From Okamejei kenojei (taxonomy: Eukaryota), in NCBI GenBank assembly GCA_035221665.1, contig CM069162.1, forward strand, positions 25,358,001 through 25,422,000: DNA of 64,000 nt. Direction: 5' to 3'. Both the position numbers and the translations under genes were made by a program. Below, piece by piece: positions 10,881 through 23,949 of this stretch. Positions within the stretch are counted from its first letter, which is position 1, and each line of letters begins with the position of its first letter. Below the pieces are notes generated by a model. It was not told the DNA's origin. It made no database searches and saw nothing but the letters and a program-made list of their open reading frames with translations.

Positions 10881-13812
10881 TTCTGAAAAGATCCCAATCT
10901 GTTCAATATTTTATTTCATTTCTGATATCATACTATTAAATTCATATTCTTTGTGTCTCCCTATTATTTGTACATATGGAGGGCTAGAGATGTGTATAGG
11001 ACCTGATACAAGTTTGAGAGAATTTCTCCTCATTTCAATCGTCTGTCCAGAAACAAACCTCAATGTTTGGATTTACCTTTCTTTGTTGGCTATGTTTAAA
11101 GCTATGCCCTTCGCCGTCTACAGATAATATTAGGGGAAAGAGACCAGAGATCCATATCGGTCACGATGGGCCAAACAGCTCACTTCTAGGTGTAAAGTTC
11201 CTCAATCCAAAGCAACAGACATAACTTTCCATCATTTTAAACATGTTTAGAAAGAATTATGTTTCAGCTGTGCTGAAACTTTTGTCCGTTAGACATTTGA
11301 CTGTCTGCACTCCCGGCCCCTGTGGTGATTTACAGATATATTGGATTACTCTACCCATCGGTGCCAGCACTGAGCCAATGGCATTCCCATTCATCTCCAG
11401 GTCACCCAATGTTTTCCCTCCCAAGTATCACTGTCTCTTGAGCAGACACTGACCACACTCCTGTCATCCACACTAAATTCCACTCACAGTCCAGACACAT
11501 CTAACACATTGAGAATGTTGTCAATGATCCTGAAAGATTTAGCATGGAGATCAAAACTACAAGCACACTGATCTCATCTGGGCAGTGAAGGGGGCTCTGA
11601 AATCCAGTGTGTAAATCCTTCACAGGGAAAGAGAAAGCAAGCTAGGGTTCTCAATCCCATAATTATTCTCTGGGACTGCGTGTATCTTTGTGTGCGAGTG
11701 TCTGTCTCTCTGTGTGCATGTGTCTGTGTCTCTCTCTGTGCATGTGTCTGTGCGCGTGTTTGTGTGTGTGTGTGCGTGTTGAATACTTGAGGATATCTGT
11801 GTTCATGTGTGTAAATGAGCAATTGAATAATACATGCTAAATCTATGTACATGGATGCAAATTAGTGAGTTTATGTGAGTAACTGTGTGTGTGGCTGTGT
11901 AAGCATAAATCTTTGTAAAATTGAAAGCAATTGTATGTGGATGAAGAACTCAGAAATAAAAATAGAAAGTGCTAAAAATCTCAGCAGCTCCTTAAGATTA
12001 CAGACCCGAAGTGTTGACTGTTTCACTTTCCACAGATGCTGCCTAACTGGCTGATTTTTCCAGCATTATTCTGTCTGTGGGTCGATGTGTGCATGGTTTT
12101 CTGAGTGTGCCTGTCAATGTGTGGTTGAGCATGAGAATTTGTGAGTGAGTGAGTTGAGTGTGGGTACGTACACATCCTGTAGATCAGTCTTCACTGCCGC
12201 CAGGATTTCACAAAGACTCTTTCTAAACTTTATTCCGCTTGAAGGCCAGACCCAGACATAGTCTGGATCAACAGCTTCGTTTCAAATAGATTTATTTCAG
12301 TCCCTGATCAATCCTAAAGAACCACAATTGACCAGAGCATGAAGTTTGAAGCAGATATTGCAACAGAATCTCTCAGATGCTTAGGTCTTTAATCTACTTG
12401 AAATTGAAGCTCTCTGCCACTGGGTTCAAGTGCTTTCCCTGGTAGGGACCAGCTGGCAAACTCTGCCAGGCAACTGGGTGTAATACTTGGCACGATTCGG
12501 ATGTGATATCTGACAGGAGGCTAAGATCTGCTTAATCAACAATCACAAAAAGGTTTTGTCAGGCAATTCTCAGCATATTAAAGTGCAAATTTAACTAGCC
12601 AGAGGCAAGGGGAGTGATTATAAGGAGGACTTGTGGCAGATACAGTCGGTATCCTCGAAGAGTCCAGTGAGAAAAACCCTATGAATGGTCCAAATGCCTG
12701 TAGTGGGAACATTTCCTGCAGTTTCTACTCAGGTCCTTCAACCTAATTACCTAATTCTGCAGAAACGGATAACTTTGTGTTTGTGCATTTTAACCTTTTC
12801 TTACCCAAACTGTCCCTCTTTCCTTTCACTGAAATTCATTGTCATAATTTGGTGATTGCTGGCATGTATCTACTGTGCATGAACATTGGCCCAAAAAAGC
12901 AGCCATGCATGGCATTCATGAGCCACAAACAGTTTCAATGCAGCCAAGTACCCTTTAGTTCAGAAGGGAGGTAACTCTCAGTCACATGGCAATTTAGTTC
13001 AGTTGAGTTTGGTTTATTGTCACGTATACCGAGGTACAGTGAAAAGCTTTCACTATACACGTACGTGGGACTGGAGTCACCTGTGTGTTCAGACCAGATG
13101 AGGCCAACACACACCTTCTCCTACAGACAATAATGAAACAGTTTGGTGTTTTGGGTGTCTTAACACATTCACAGTTACTTTTGCTGTTTCTGAGTTTCAA
13201 TTCAATTTATGAAAATGCCTGTGTCGTGGAACCTGTACCGTACAGACAACAGTCATTGAGCCTCTCATGTCTAAGCCAGACCCTGGTCTCCTGGTCGGTC
13301 TGCATTGCTCTGCAAAGTATTTCCCCTCAAACCCCTATCCAATTCTTTTTTCAGGCACTGATTAATTTTATTTCCATCACTAATTTAGATCATAACTAAC
13401 GAAGTAACATCCTTTGTTACTTTTCCCAACTTTTCACATCTATGCCCCTGGGCCTTGAACTACCGGTAAGTGACAATGGGAACAACTTCCCTCTATCGTC
13501 ATGATCTAACCCAGTCCCGATCTTGTACACCTCTATTAAGTTCAAGGCCTCCCGTTTCTAAACACCAAGTTGATGCACAAATTTGAGATATCAATTATAG
13601 GCTCCAAGCAGAACTAGAGACAGTAACTAAAAATACCAATTGGTACAGCTTGCAAGATAGATACTACAACTGGAGACGAGGGACACCAATTCAAGGCACT
13701 GTCCAGAGGGAGTTGCCAAATAATTTGCCTGGAGACAACAGTTGTGTGCATCGCTGAATCTGTCCTTATTCAAGGACTAGACGTAACCAAATGCGATCTT
13801 ACATATTTAGTG

Positions 13813-13909
13813 TAGGTAGACAAAAATGCTGGAGAAACTCAGCGGGTGAGGCAGCATTTATGAACCGAAGGAATAGGTGACGTTTTGGGTCGAGACCCTT
13901 CTTCAGCTA
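13813..13909 (-). mobile_element. Penelope-derived short repeat with mutated hammerhead core
   Basis: Minus strand CTGAAGAAGGGTCTCGACCCAAAACGTC (G12->A). 12/13 TSD TACATATT(T/G)AGTG at 13800-13812 and 13910-13922. Confidence 0.75.
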
Positions 13910-15449
13910 TACATATTGAGTGCATCAGAGACATTAAGCGAGGTCTAGATAATGCCTTCATTGGTTGAAAACCTCCTAATGGAGTCTAGACTCTCAAACA
14001 CACAGAGATATGATATTCATAAACCTGCTTCAATGTTTTAAACATCCAAGGTGGCTCACATTCTCAGTCAAAATAGATTTTAAGGAGTGGCTTAAAGGTG
14101 AAGAGTTAGCTATAGAGATAAACTTTAGAGAGGAAATTTCAAAATGTAAAGCCTCAGAAACTCCAATAAAGGAGGGATTAAAAGCAGCAGTTATCTTGGG
14201 AGTGTTTTGGGCTGGAGGAACCTGCAGAGAATGGACCAGGCAGGGGAGTGAGGGATGAGGATTGAGGCAGCACCAATGCTGCGGGACTTGTGTTCCCTTG
14301 AAATGAATAGAAGCAAAATCAATCCACCTTTTGTTTTAAACGGTGCCAATCTGTCCTCTCCAAAACAGATAGGTTTCTTTCACAAAAAACACACCGTTTG
14401 AAAAGTGCAATTTACAAAGAAAGTTTCCAAAACTTTTGTTGCATGCAAATGTATTTTAAAAAGAATTGTTCACGTTCTACCTCAGTTAATTTAGGAATAT
14501 ATAAAAGCTGAAGATCAAGGAAAGCCAGCCAGCCATCAATGAAGCTTTCCCCTCCCCCCACCACCGCCTCCTGTCCCCCACAGAAGAGGAATGGGAACAG
14601 TGAGAGAGCCCACAGCTGGTCAGTCCCTGCTGCTGAGCCCACAGTTCACCTCATTGATACATTAAGTTGGTGTAAAAGTCTGAACAAATTACTGATTTGC
14701 AACACTCAGAGAAGGACCGTTTACCGCCTTTGTTTGTGTGAAAATCTCACGTGGAAATGAATCTGCTGACAGTCGCTGGCAAACTCACTGAAAAGCATAA
14801 AATGGGAAATTTTCTGCCCGTAAGTGGCATGAGCTAATGTCCATGTTTGAGCCACTGGACCATGCTGCTCGTTAGTGCAACGGGCTCTGTGATCTCACCG
14901 GGTATCTGACTTCTTAATTAGTGCAGAATTGTGACACAAAGGAGTTGTGATTTACTCTCCCTCGAAGGCTCAGTGGGTACATGCACTGTCCTCCTCTCAA
15001 TCGAGCGAGTGTAGGTCCCAGCACAACCATGTTCTATGCCTATCACCACAAAAAGGCCGATGGGGGTGCAGTGAATCAGTTTCATCGTTTGCTGGGTTAA
15101 TCAGGCTTGGTTCCCACTCCAGATTATTTCCCAGAGAATGCCTGCTGCCAGATCATCTTGTGGACAACAAGCAGTGTTGGCTGAGACAGCAAAATCAGTT
15201 CAATTACCTTTTGCTTGTTGCCCGTAAAAATTGGGCACTGGGGAGAGGTAGGAGAGGACATCTAAAACAATTCAGGAAACAACCTGTACCCCAGGGAGAG
15301 TCGGCACTTGCAGGTCTGGATCCCATGGCGAGTCAGCACCTTCAGGGGCAGGTAACTGGGTCCCAGGGATTATCAGCACCTACAGGGGAGGGGTCTGGAC
15401 GCCAGGAAGAGTCAGTACCGTCAAGGGCAGGTAACCGGCCTTCATGGAG

Positions 15450-16200
15450 TCAGTAGTTACCATTGCGCGGTGGGATGACCCCGCACAGTCCCTCTCGCCC
15501 ATCAGTAAGACGATCTCTCCGGAAGGCCTCTGCCTGGCTGCGGTTTGTTGACATAAACTCTTCATTGGTAAAATAATCTGGCCGCGCGTTTTTTCTACAG
15601 TTACCCTTGTGCTTAATCATACTTTTCGAACTGCCCGACCCCAGAATGTGTGTTTGTGCTGCAGGAAGGCGGGAGCCGCGCCAAGCCTGGCCGGGCCTCG
15701 GGCCTCGGGCCTACCCGCCACCCGGCCGCGGGGTGGAACTGAACGACGGATCAAGTTGGAGAAAAAACGCGACAGAGGAAAAACAAACTTTAAAAATGAG
15801 CTCGGAGCAACTTAAACGCCGCCGCCGCCGCCGACGACGACGACATCATCCCCAGGCGCAGACACCGCCTCCATGACACATTCCGCGTTCGCCCGTGGGG
15901 ACAGGCGGGCCTTCGTTTTCCTCAGACATTCGTCCCACTGACATTCAGCCTCTCCTCAGCACCACTTTATAGACTCACCCTTCCCACATAGTTCCTACAC
16001 GATGGCGCCGCAGAATAGGCCAAGGCCAGCAGCCACTCGCGGGCGTCGTTGCTCCCCTCGCCTCCTCTGAGCTTCCATTGTACCCGCGCGCGGACGGACA
16101 GCTCGCAAAACAAGTCGCGCCCCAACAACAAGCGTCTACTGGCCTTAACCAGAGCTTACTGTGACACGACCAGGTAAAGATAGACACACAGCGCAGTGCA
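15450..16200. promoter_or_regulatory. CpG-rich island
   Basis: Dense CpG, including (CGC)n(CGA)n, in a CpG-poor background; no repeat similarity recognised. Confidence 0.45.
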
Positions 16201-17014
16201 CAAAACCGCCAGTTTTGGGTGCCACCACCTCATAAATAATAAAATGGGGTTAGTGTAGAATTTGGTATAAATGGATGTTTGATGGTTAGCGTGACCTGTG
16301 TGGACCAAGGGCCTGTTTCCATGATGTGCGGCACTGTTTATAAAGGATTATGTGGGTGCAAGCACATCCGTCACTGGAGACACTAGAAACTGCAGATGCT
16401 GGAATCTGTAATCAGGCTTTGTTACCTGGGCATGTGGCTGAGCAGTCTGTGGCTTGGCTTTCCCTATTGAGAAACAGATGGGGACAGACCTGGGATCAAG
16501 AGAGGTTCTTGATCATGAAAGGCTTAGAATTGCCTCTCCCTGGTTTTTTAAGTGCCTGTATGGGTTATTGAGTGACATTTTGATTCTCGACTTACCCAGT
16601 CGTGCAGGCAACTTTCCTTAGCTGACTGTACAGTCAGAAACTATTCACCTCCTCTTTGAAAGTCTTTGTACACTCCCTCTTTAACCTGAACATGGACTGC
16701 CTTAAACAACATGTCCAACTGACATCCTTCACGCCAGGCCAAAAAGGCATTGAATCCCAGTTTTCGTTTCATTTTCTTTAAGAATATGCTCGGTATATTA
16801 GTGAACAGTGATGCTGACTTTGGAAGATCAAGATCCTTTTTGGTGCAAAATAAAGGGAAAATATATCACTGGTGAAATAGCTCCAAAGCTCTTAACTGTC
16901 GATACCGTAAGGGCAAAATGTAAATTCAGAAGTGGGGCGGTGGGTGGGACAGGCAGCAAGAAGAAGAAATGGGTGATGTTACGGGTTGAGACCCTTCTTC
17001 AGACTGATGAACAG

Positions 17015-19530
17015 TCTCATGAGTGTTCTCAGGACAGGTCATTCACGTAATACATTGTGGAACCAACAACAAAAGAATTTCACCTTCAGTTTGAGAATGA
17101 GAAATGTAACTAATAACTTCATCTTTACCAAAGGCTGCAAAAAGGTAAGAAGACAGAATTGATTGGTTGGAAAATGGATTAGATGGTAAAGCGGTGGATA
17201 AGCAAAGCAACCATTTAAGGTGTTATATCATAATACTCAAGCTATGTTCCATGACTAACTTAGAAAGTATGACATCAAACTAAATGAAAGTGCACACAAG
17301 GTTGCAAAGATTAGTGATACACCAGAAACTGAGGAAACTACCATGGGATGACCAAATAAATAATAAAGAGATTATAAGAGTTAGCCATTAAGTATAAGAA
17401 AAGATATTAAGAACTTCCAGAAGTTTATAAAAGGGAACTTCCAGAAGTTTATAAAGTAGATATTGGTTTCTTATAGTCAAAGATACAGCACAAAAACAGG
17501 CCCCTTGGCCCACTGAGTATTTATCAACCAGCAAGTGTCCTTTGCATTAATCCCATTCTTTATTCTCCGCACATTCTCATCAACACCCCACATTCTACCA
17601 CTCACCCAAGGGATAATTTGCAACGGCTAATTAAATCCCCATCTTTGGGAGGAGGAAACCTACACAGTCACAGGAAGAATGTGTAAAGTCCATACAGACA
17701 TTAATCAAGATCAGGATTCAACCCAGGTCTCTGCCATTGTAAACCAGAGGTTCCACTGGCTTTGCCACTGTGCTGTCCACTCCTAGAGGAGGATTTGAAT
17801 TAATAATGGGAAATAAGGAAAGATAGTGATATGGAACTAATATTTTTATCTATCTTCTTGCCAGATGACATTTGAAGTATCCCAATTAAAATAATAAAAT
17901 CTGGGGGTGGGTGGGGGCGAGGGCATAATAATTATTAGTGGAATAAGTACAAGGGAAACCAAAGAAATTAATGGCTGACAGGAGGCTAGTATTCCAGAGT
18001 ATTAAAACAAGTAGTTGCGGAAAAAGTGGGTGCAGTAGTTGTGTTCTTCCAAAATATTCTCAATTTTGAACAGATTGGAAAACTGAAAATGTAATGTCTC
18101 CATTGAATAGGGTCGAGGGGCTGAAACCAGGAAACTCTAGCCAGTTAGGCTAACATCTATCACTGGGAAAATGCTGGAATCCATTATCCAGGAAATAGTA
18201 GAAGAATGTTTAGAAAAATTATAACACTATCAAGCAGAGTCAACATGGTTTTATAAAAGAAAAGTCTATTACAAATCTTTGAGGATGTAATGAATAGGTG
18301 GATAAAAGGGAACAGTAGATGTAGTATATTTGAATTTCCAAAAGATAATCAGCAATGTGGCATTTGAAAGATAAGAGCTTATTGCACTGGGGGGTAATGT
18401 ATTATTGTGGAGAGAGATTGGCTAACCAAGAAAAACAGATAGATGGTTAAATGATTATTTTTATGTTGGAAGCTGCACCTTGTGGGGTGCCGCAGGGATT
18501 AGTGTTGGGCCACAGATATTTATTACAATCTGCATTTATGATAGATGAAGGAACTGAGTTTATTATTGCTAAATTTACTAACAACACTGTGATAGATGGG
18601 AAAACAAAGTTGTTCAAAGGGTACAAAGAAACAGCAAAGGGTTTTTGCCTGGTTACATGAGTGGGCAAAAAATTGGCTGATTAAATATAATGTGGGATAT
18701 GAAATTATTCATTTTTGTAGGAGGATTGGGAAAGCAGAATGTTGTTTTAAGTGGAGTGAGACTAAAGGATGGAACTGAAGGAAAGGGATCTTGGTAAGAC
18801 ACAGGAAATTTGTCTGTACACACAATAAGTTTTTTGGAAGGCGAACAAAGTATTGGCCATTATTTCAAGGAGGTTGGATGATAAAAATAGGGATATCTTT
18901 TTACACCTCTACAGAGCGAGTCCATACCTGAAGTACTGCATACAGTTCTAGTCTTATTTAAAGAGGGATATGCTTTCAGTTCAGGGAGGAATCACAAGGT
19001 TGACTTCTGGGATGAAGGTACTTGCGTAAAAGGAAATGTTTGGGCAGGTTGGGCCAATAATAACTGAAGTTTAAGTGAATGAGAACTGAACATATTCAAG
19101 TGTATATGATTCTGTGGGATCTGACAGGGTGGGAGGAACCACCAAGGAATCTGGAACTAGGAGGCAAAGTATAAGAACAAACATTTGCCTATTTAAGATG
19201 GAGATGAAGAAGAATCTCTTCTCGCAGTTTTTGGAACTTAGAGATAGGCAAACATTTAGAAAAATAGAAAATAGGAGTAGGCTATTCAGCCCTTCAAGCT
19301 TCTTCAATGACTTGACTTAATCATGACTGATCATCCTCTTCACTCCTCCATTCTTGCCTTCTCCCCATAGGCTTGACCTCTTTGCATGAAGAAATATATC
19401 AACTTTCTTTCTGAATACGTTTAATAAATTTTGGGCTGAAAAGTTGAGGTGATGCCAAGGTCAGATCAGCTGTGATGATTTTGAATGGCAGGACAGGATC
19501 GATTGGCCAGTTCCTACTTCAATTTTTCAT
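17015..19530 (+). mobile_element. Old CR1 LINE ORF2 relic (endonuclease end to 3' UTR) with nested insertions
   Basis: Degenerate KMLESIIQE, IKQSQHGFIK, VDVVYLNFQK, GVPQGLVLG, AKFTNNT (KFADDT), EWAKNWLIKYNV, FKMEMKKNLFSQ; many stops and frameshifts. Confidence 0.85.
17480..17778 (-). mobile_element. V-SINE (HE1-like) inserted in CR1
   Basis: Reverse strand has tRNA-like head GGACAGCACAGTGGCAAAGCCAGTGG...CCTGGGTTGAATCC, V-domain, and the same tail as 1330-1743. Confidence 0.75.
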
Positions 19531-19625
19531 GTTCCATCTTCACCCATAGCACACACAGAAACCTTGGAATTCATTCGGACTAAAAAAAAGACACAAAGTG
19601 CAGGTGTAAGATAGTGGGTCTGGCT

Positions 19626-19736
19626 TCTTCTTTCGTGTGGCAACTTGTTCTATTTGATCTTCTGTTTGTGCACATCGAGTTGATTGCATTAGTCAAAACA
19701 GGGCGGACCACGTGAAAGTTGCAATCTTCCACCCCC
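19626..19736 (-). mobile_element. Ribozyme-headed short retroposon (SINE-like), copy 2
   Basis: Exact 13-bp TSD AGTGGGTCTGGCT at 19613-19625 and 19737-19749. GAA-type tail at the left end. Inserted into a Penelope-derived repeat. Confidence 0.85.
19682..19735 (-). ncRNA. Minimal HDV-like (CPEB3-type) self-cleaving ribozyme, copy 2
   Basis: Minus strand reads GGGGUGG AA GAUUGCA ACU UUCACGU GGU CCGCCCU G UUUUGA CUAA UGCAAUC: perfect 7-bp P2, 7-bp P1 with G1-U, P3 ACU/GGU, J4/2 CUAA. Confidence 0.82.
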
Positions 19737-19920
19737 AGTGGGTCTGGCTGCATCTCTGGAGAACATGGGTAGGCAACGTTTTGGGTTGGGACCCTTCTTC
19801 AGACTGAGTGTGTAGGAGGTAGAAAGTTGTAAGGAAGAGGCGGGGCAAAGCCTGGCAAGTGATAGGTGGATACTGGTAAAGAGGGTTTGACTGGCAGATG
19901 GTTGGAAAAAGAACAGAGAT

Positions 19921-20735
19921 GAAAACATTGAAAAATAGGTGCAGGAGTAGGCCAGCACCGCCATTCAATATGATCATGGCTGATCATCTAAAATCAGTAC
20001 CCCATTCCTGCTTTTTCCCCATATCCTTTGATTCCTTTAGGCCTAAGAGCTAAATCTAACTCCCTCTTGAAAACATCCAGTGAATTGGCCTCCACTGCCT
20101 TCTGTGGCAGAGAATTCCACAGATTCACAACTCTCTGGGTGAAAAAGTTTTTCCTCATCTCAGTCCTAAATGGCCTACCCCTTATTCTTAAACTGTGACC
20201 CCTGGCTCTGAACTCCCCCAACATCAGGAACATTTTTCCTGCATCTAGTCTGTTCAATCCTTTAAGTATTTTATGTGTTTCCATAAGATCTCCTCTCAAC
20301 TTTCTAAATTCCAGTGAATACAAGCCCAGTCGACCCATTCTTTCATCTTATATCAGTCCCGCCATCCTGGGAATTAACCTGGGAACCTACGCTGCACTCC
20401 CTCAATATCAATAATGTCCTTCCTCAAATTAGGGAACCAAAATTGCGCATAATACTCCAGGTGCAGTCTCACCAGGGCCCTGTACAACTGCAGTAGGACC
20501 TATTTGCTCCTAAACTCAAATCCTCTCGTAATGAAAGTCAAAATGACATTAGCTTTCTTCACTGCCTGCTGTACCTGCATGCTTACTTTCAGTGACTGAT
20601 GTACAAGCACACCCATGTTTTGTTGCACTTCGCTTTTTCCCAATCTGACACCATTCACATAATAATCTGCCTTTCTGTTCTTGCCACCAAAGTGGATAAC
20701 TCACATTTATCCACAATAACCTCACATTTATCCAC
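19921..20735 (-). mobile_element. Young CR1 LINE 3' fragment
   Basis: ORF 19994-20338 (LGLYSLEFRKLRGDL..RGHSLRIRGRPFRTEMRKNFFTQRVVNLWNSLPQ) is the typical CR1 ORF2 C-terminus, plus 3' UTR. Confidence 0.92.
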
Positions 20736-23700
20736 AAGACAAAATTCTATACAGTAAGTAGAAAGAAAGGTGTGAAATGTGAAGCCAGAGGAAGGGATGC
20801 AGGTGCAAGCGGATGGAGAGGGGTGGGGGAGGGGAGGGAGAGGGGAAAAGGTGGTGCGATAGTGGGAGAAATGGATGTGCTTCCAGGAGGGGCATATGGA
20901 AGAGAAGGACTGGAGGTATAGGGAAAAGGGAGGAAAAAAAACGACTTAGGTTAGTAGTTACCTAAAATTGGAGATTCAGTGCACATACCGCTGAGTTGTA
21001 AACTGTTCAAGGTGCTGTTCCTCCAGTCTCCATGTGGCCTCATACCGGCAATGGAGGATGCCCAAGACAGAAAGGTCAGTATGGGAATGGGAAGGGGAGT
21101 TAAAATGGTTAGCAATCGTTCATGCTGATGGATTGGAGTAGATAATGGCGAAGCCTGTCTATGGTACAGGGGCAGCCTGCAGTTGAGGAATGTAAGTAAC
21201 TGCTTTGTATGGAGTTGATATCCCTTCAAACAGTGTGGAGACCCATATGTACGAAGGATCCTGCAAGGTATCAGTTAACCTCCGAAGCAGACACCCATGC
21301 GATCTGATACACATTATAGGCTGGACCCAAAAATACCGTGGGTAAAGAAAATGGAATGACTCCCTCATCAATCACAGGGATTTGGGGATTTTCCATTCAA
21401 GAAGGTGAAAAAAATCAAGTTCTACATAAAACAACATCCCGACCCAAAAATATTTCTCAGTCGTGGTGGGATAATGGATGGAATCATTCCAGGTGGTGTG
21501 TCGCAAACATCCAGAAACTACGCACGGGCCTGACTATTCACGACGCCACCGTTCACTGCAGACAGCTTTTCTTGTTCCTGTTTCTAATTTTTCACCCAAA
21601 CTGCCCGGCTGTGGTCACAGAGTCCCAAAGGCTTGTGAGGGTGGTGAGGTGGGGGTGGGAGACATGTGCTCTCCCTCCCTTTCATTGCCTTGCGGCACCA
21701 TCTTCTCACCAATCATCCCCACTCTCAGCCCACGCCCCATCCTCCCACTCCACACAATCAGGTGTCAGGGCATCGTAAACAAGGCTTTGAAGTGCTGCCT
21801 GTCTCCAGGCAACAGGAGGTGACACCCAAAGCACTGGCTCCTTGTCAGCAAACAGCGAGGCACAGACACTGCAAAGCTTTCAAAGCATCTCACGTAAAAT
21901 GGAAGCGTTTTGGAGCCTTATGATCCCTTGTAAAATCAGGGCAAACCTGTTACCAACTCTCAGAATTAACAGGTTGCAAGAGACATTTCAAAAGTCACCT
22001 GAACTGCGTGTCAAGAGTTTAAAGAATTATAGATAGATGCTCAGTGTTTCTGCCTGTGTGGTAGCATTTATACATCAGTTCTCTCTCCTCTGTCCATCGC
22101 TGGGATTCCTGCTTTCCGACTCCTCTCGCTACTCTCACCAGCTTTCTATCTTGTCTTCTTTTCCTTTGATCTTTTTCACTCTATTGCTCAACAACTCATT
22201 CTCAGACGTTGCATCCAAACTTGAGGAAAGAGAAAGGAAAATAAAATGATTGTGAATGAGCCCAAGACATGGCAGATGACTGATTAAAGCTGAGGCAGGG
22301 TTGGGGGTGGTTTGAACTGTGACACTGATCAATGCAGTAAACACTCTGTTTATTGCAGGGCTGGTCTCCTGGGGAAGTTAATGCCTAAATGCATTGTCTT
22401 GCTAGTTAATTAATTGAGTTAATATGTACTTAACTATTGTGTGCTGTCCAAGTGACCCAGCTGGAGTCTGCGCTGTTGTTTAACATATCTGCACAGTGGT
22501 CGACTCTCAAGGAGTGAGGGAGCAGAGAAGTCCAGAAAACACTGTAACAATCTCAGTGGAGGAGGGGGAGTCACACATTTTACAATGAGAAACACGAGGA
22601 GGGGGTCTGGGAAAAGCAGGAGTAAATCAAAGGCATCCTAGCTGGCTGCTGGTTTACAATTATGGCTGAACAGCTTATGATGAAACCAGATGCTGCCTCT
22701 GATCACCTGGTCAGAGCCAAACTTTAAAGGGAAGCAAAGAGGAACAAGAGATTGAAATGGCTGGAACATTTTTGTGAAGCTCACTCAACTCCAGCCAGTG
22801 CCTTTCACTTACAATTCTTCCTGATATTTAATGGAAGTATCTGTCTTTCTCCCCCCTGGGGTCCAGTCCCCTCCCCTGATGGAACTGCCTCCCTCGGGTC
22901 TAGTCCCCATATTGAAGGTGCCGACTTTTATCAAAGTTTAACGGCCTCTTACCAGATGACAATTCTTAATGTAGAAACCTGAAAAAGTTAGCACATTAGC
23001 TAATTATTCAACTGAGATGACCAAAATACGAATTGTCACTATGCTTAATTTAAACTGGACAGTGATCAGAAGCAGGAATTTCAACAGGTTCATCTCTGCC
23101 CTTCAGGGACTAAAATTGTTGCTGAGGCCAATTGGTGTGCCCTCACTGTTGCCCCATGAAGTACAGCCTGGGCATGCCGGGTGATGCCAACTGGACTCCA
23201 GGCACTACATCTACAAATGGACGCTGCAGGAGACCACGGTTCAGTGACTATGGCTCTGCTTTGTCCTGAGAAAGGAGGTGAAGGGTTAATTCAGTCGTGG
23301 CCTCTGTCCTTTTGCCACTTGGCCCCGCGCTTGGCCTGAGAGGAGCGTTACGTCTGTGCCTCCCGCTGGCCCTGTGATCCCGTGCTACTCCAGGTCAAAT
23401 CCCACTGGCACTTGTTCCCCTTTCAATGTGCTAAGTATAGGTTAGTGAGGTCATAAGTCAGGGGGCAGTCTGTGCTCAGTCAGCTATGAACAGGCGTCCA
23501 GTTCTTTGAGAGCAAGCAAGAGAGGCACACACACTCATAAACTGACAAAGGAACTCCCCTTTGCAAAGCTTTAATCTATCTTCTGATTCCGTGGCTAGGT
23601 CCAGGAGTGTTGCAAAATCTGTTTGATTTAGTTTTTATGAATGGTTTATCATTGTATTTCTCTGTTGTGAAGCTTGTCCCAGAGAGCAGCTGGCAAAGGG

Positions 23701-23949
23701 TATTAGAAATCATGAGTTCTCTACCCGGATCAGATGAGGTATTTACTTTTGACACTGGTAGAGTCTGTTGCATAGGGATATGTGGTATGGGGAGCAAGAC
23801 TGGACTAGGATTCAAGGGGGAGACTAACAATGGTGTCAAGGAATGTTGGATGGGGATGCAGTTCATTTTATTAATTTATGGGGCATGGATGTCACTGGCA
23901 AGGCCCCAATGTTTATTGCCCATCATTAATAATAACTCTAATTGTTCTC

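Larger units (their letters stand above)
19580..21120 (-). mobile_element. Penelope-like element 3' fragment (GIY-YIG C-terminus plus pLTR), split by CR1 and ribozyme-SINE insertions
   Basis: Reverse 20950-21120 encodes IANHFNSPSHSHTDLSVLGILHCRYEATWRLEEQHL. pLTR with degenerate hammerhead at ~19774-19802. Confidence 0.8.

Noticed and set aside
15607-15876. ORF with a poly-Arg run (protamine-like or NLS-like)
   Set aside because: The Arg run is just the (CGC)n(CGA)n microsatellite; there is no other protein signature.
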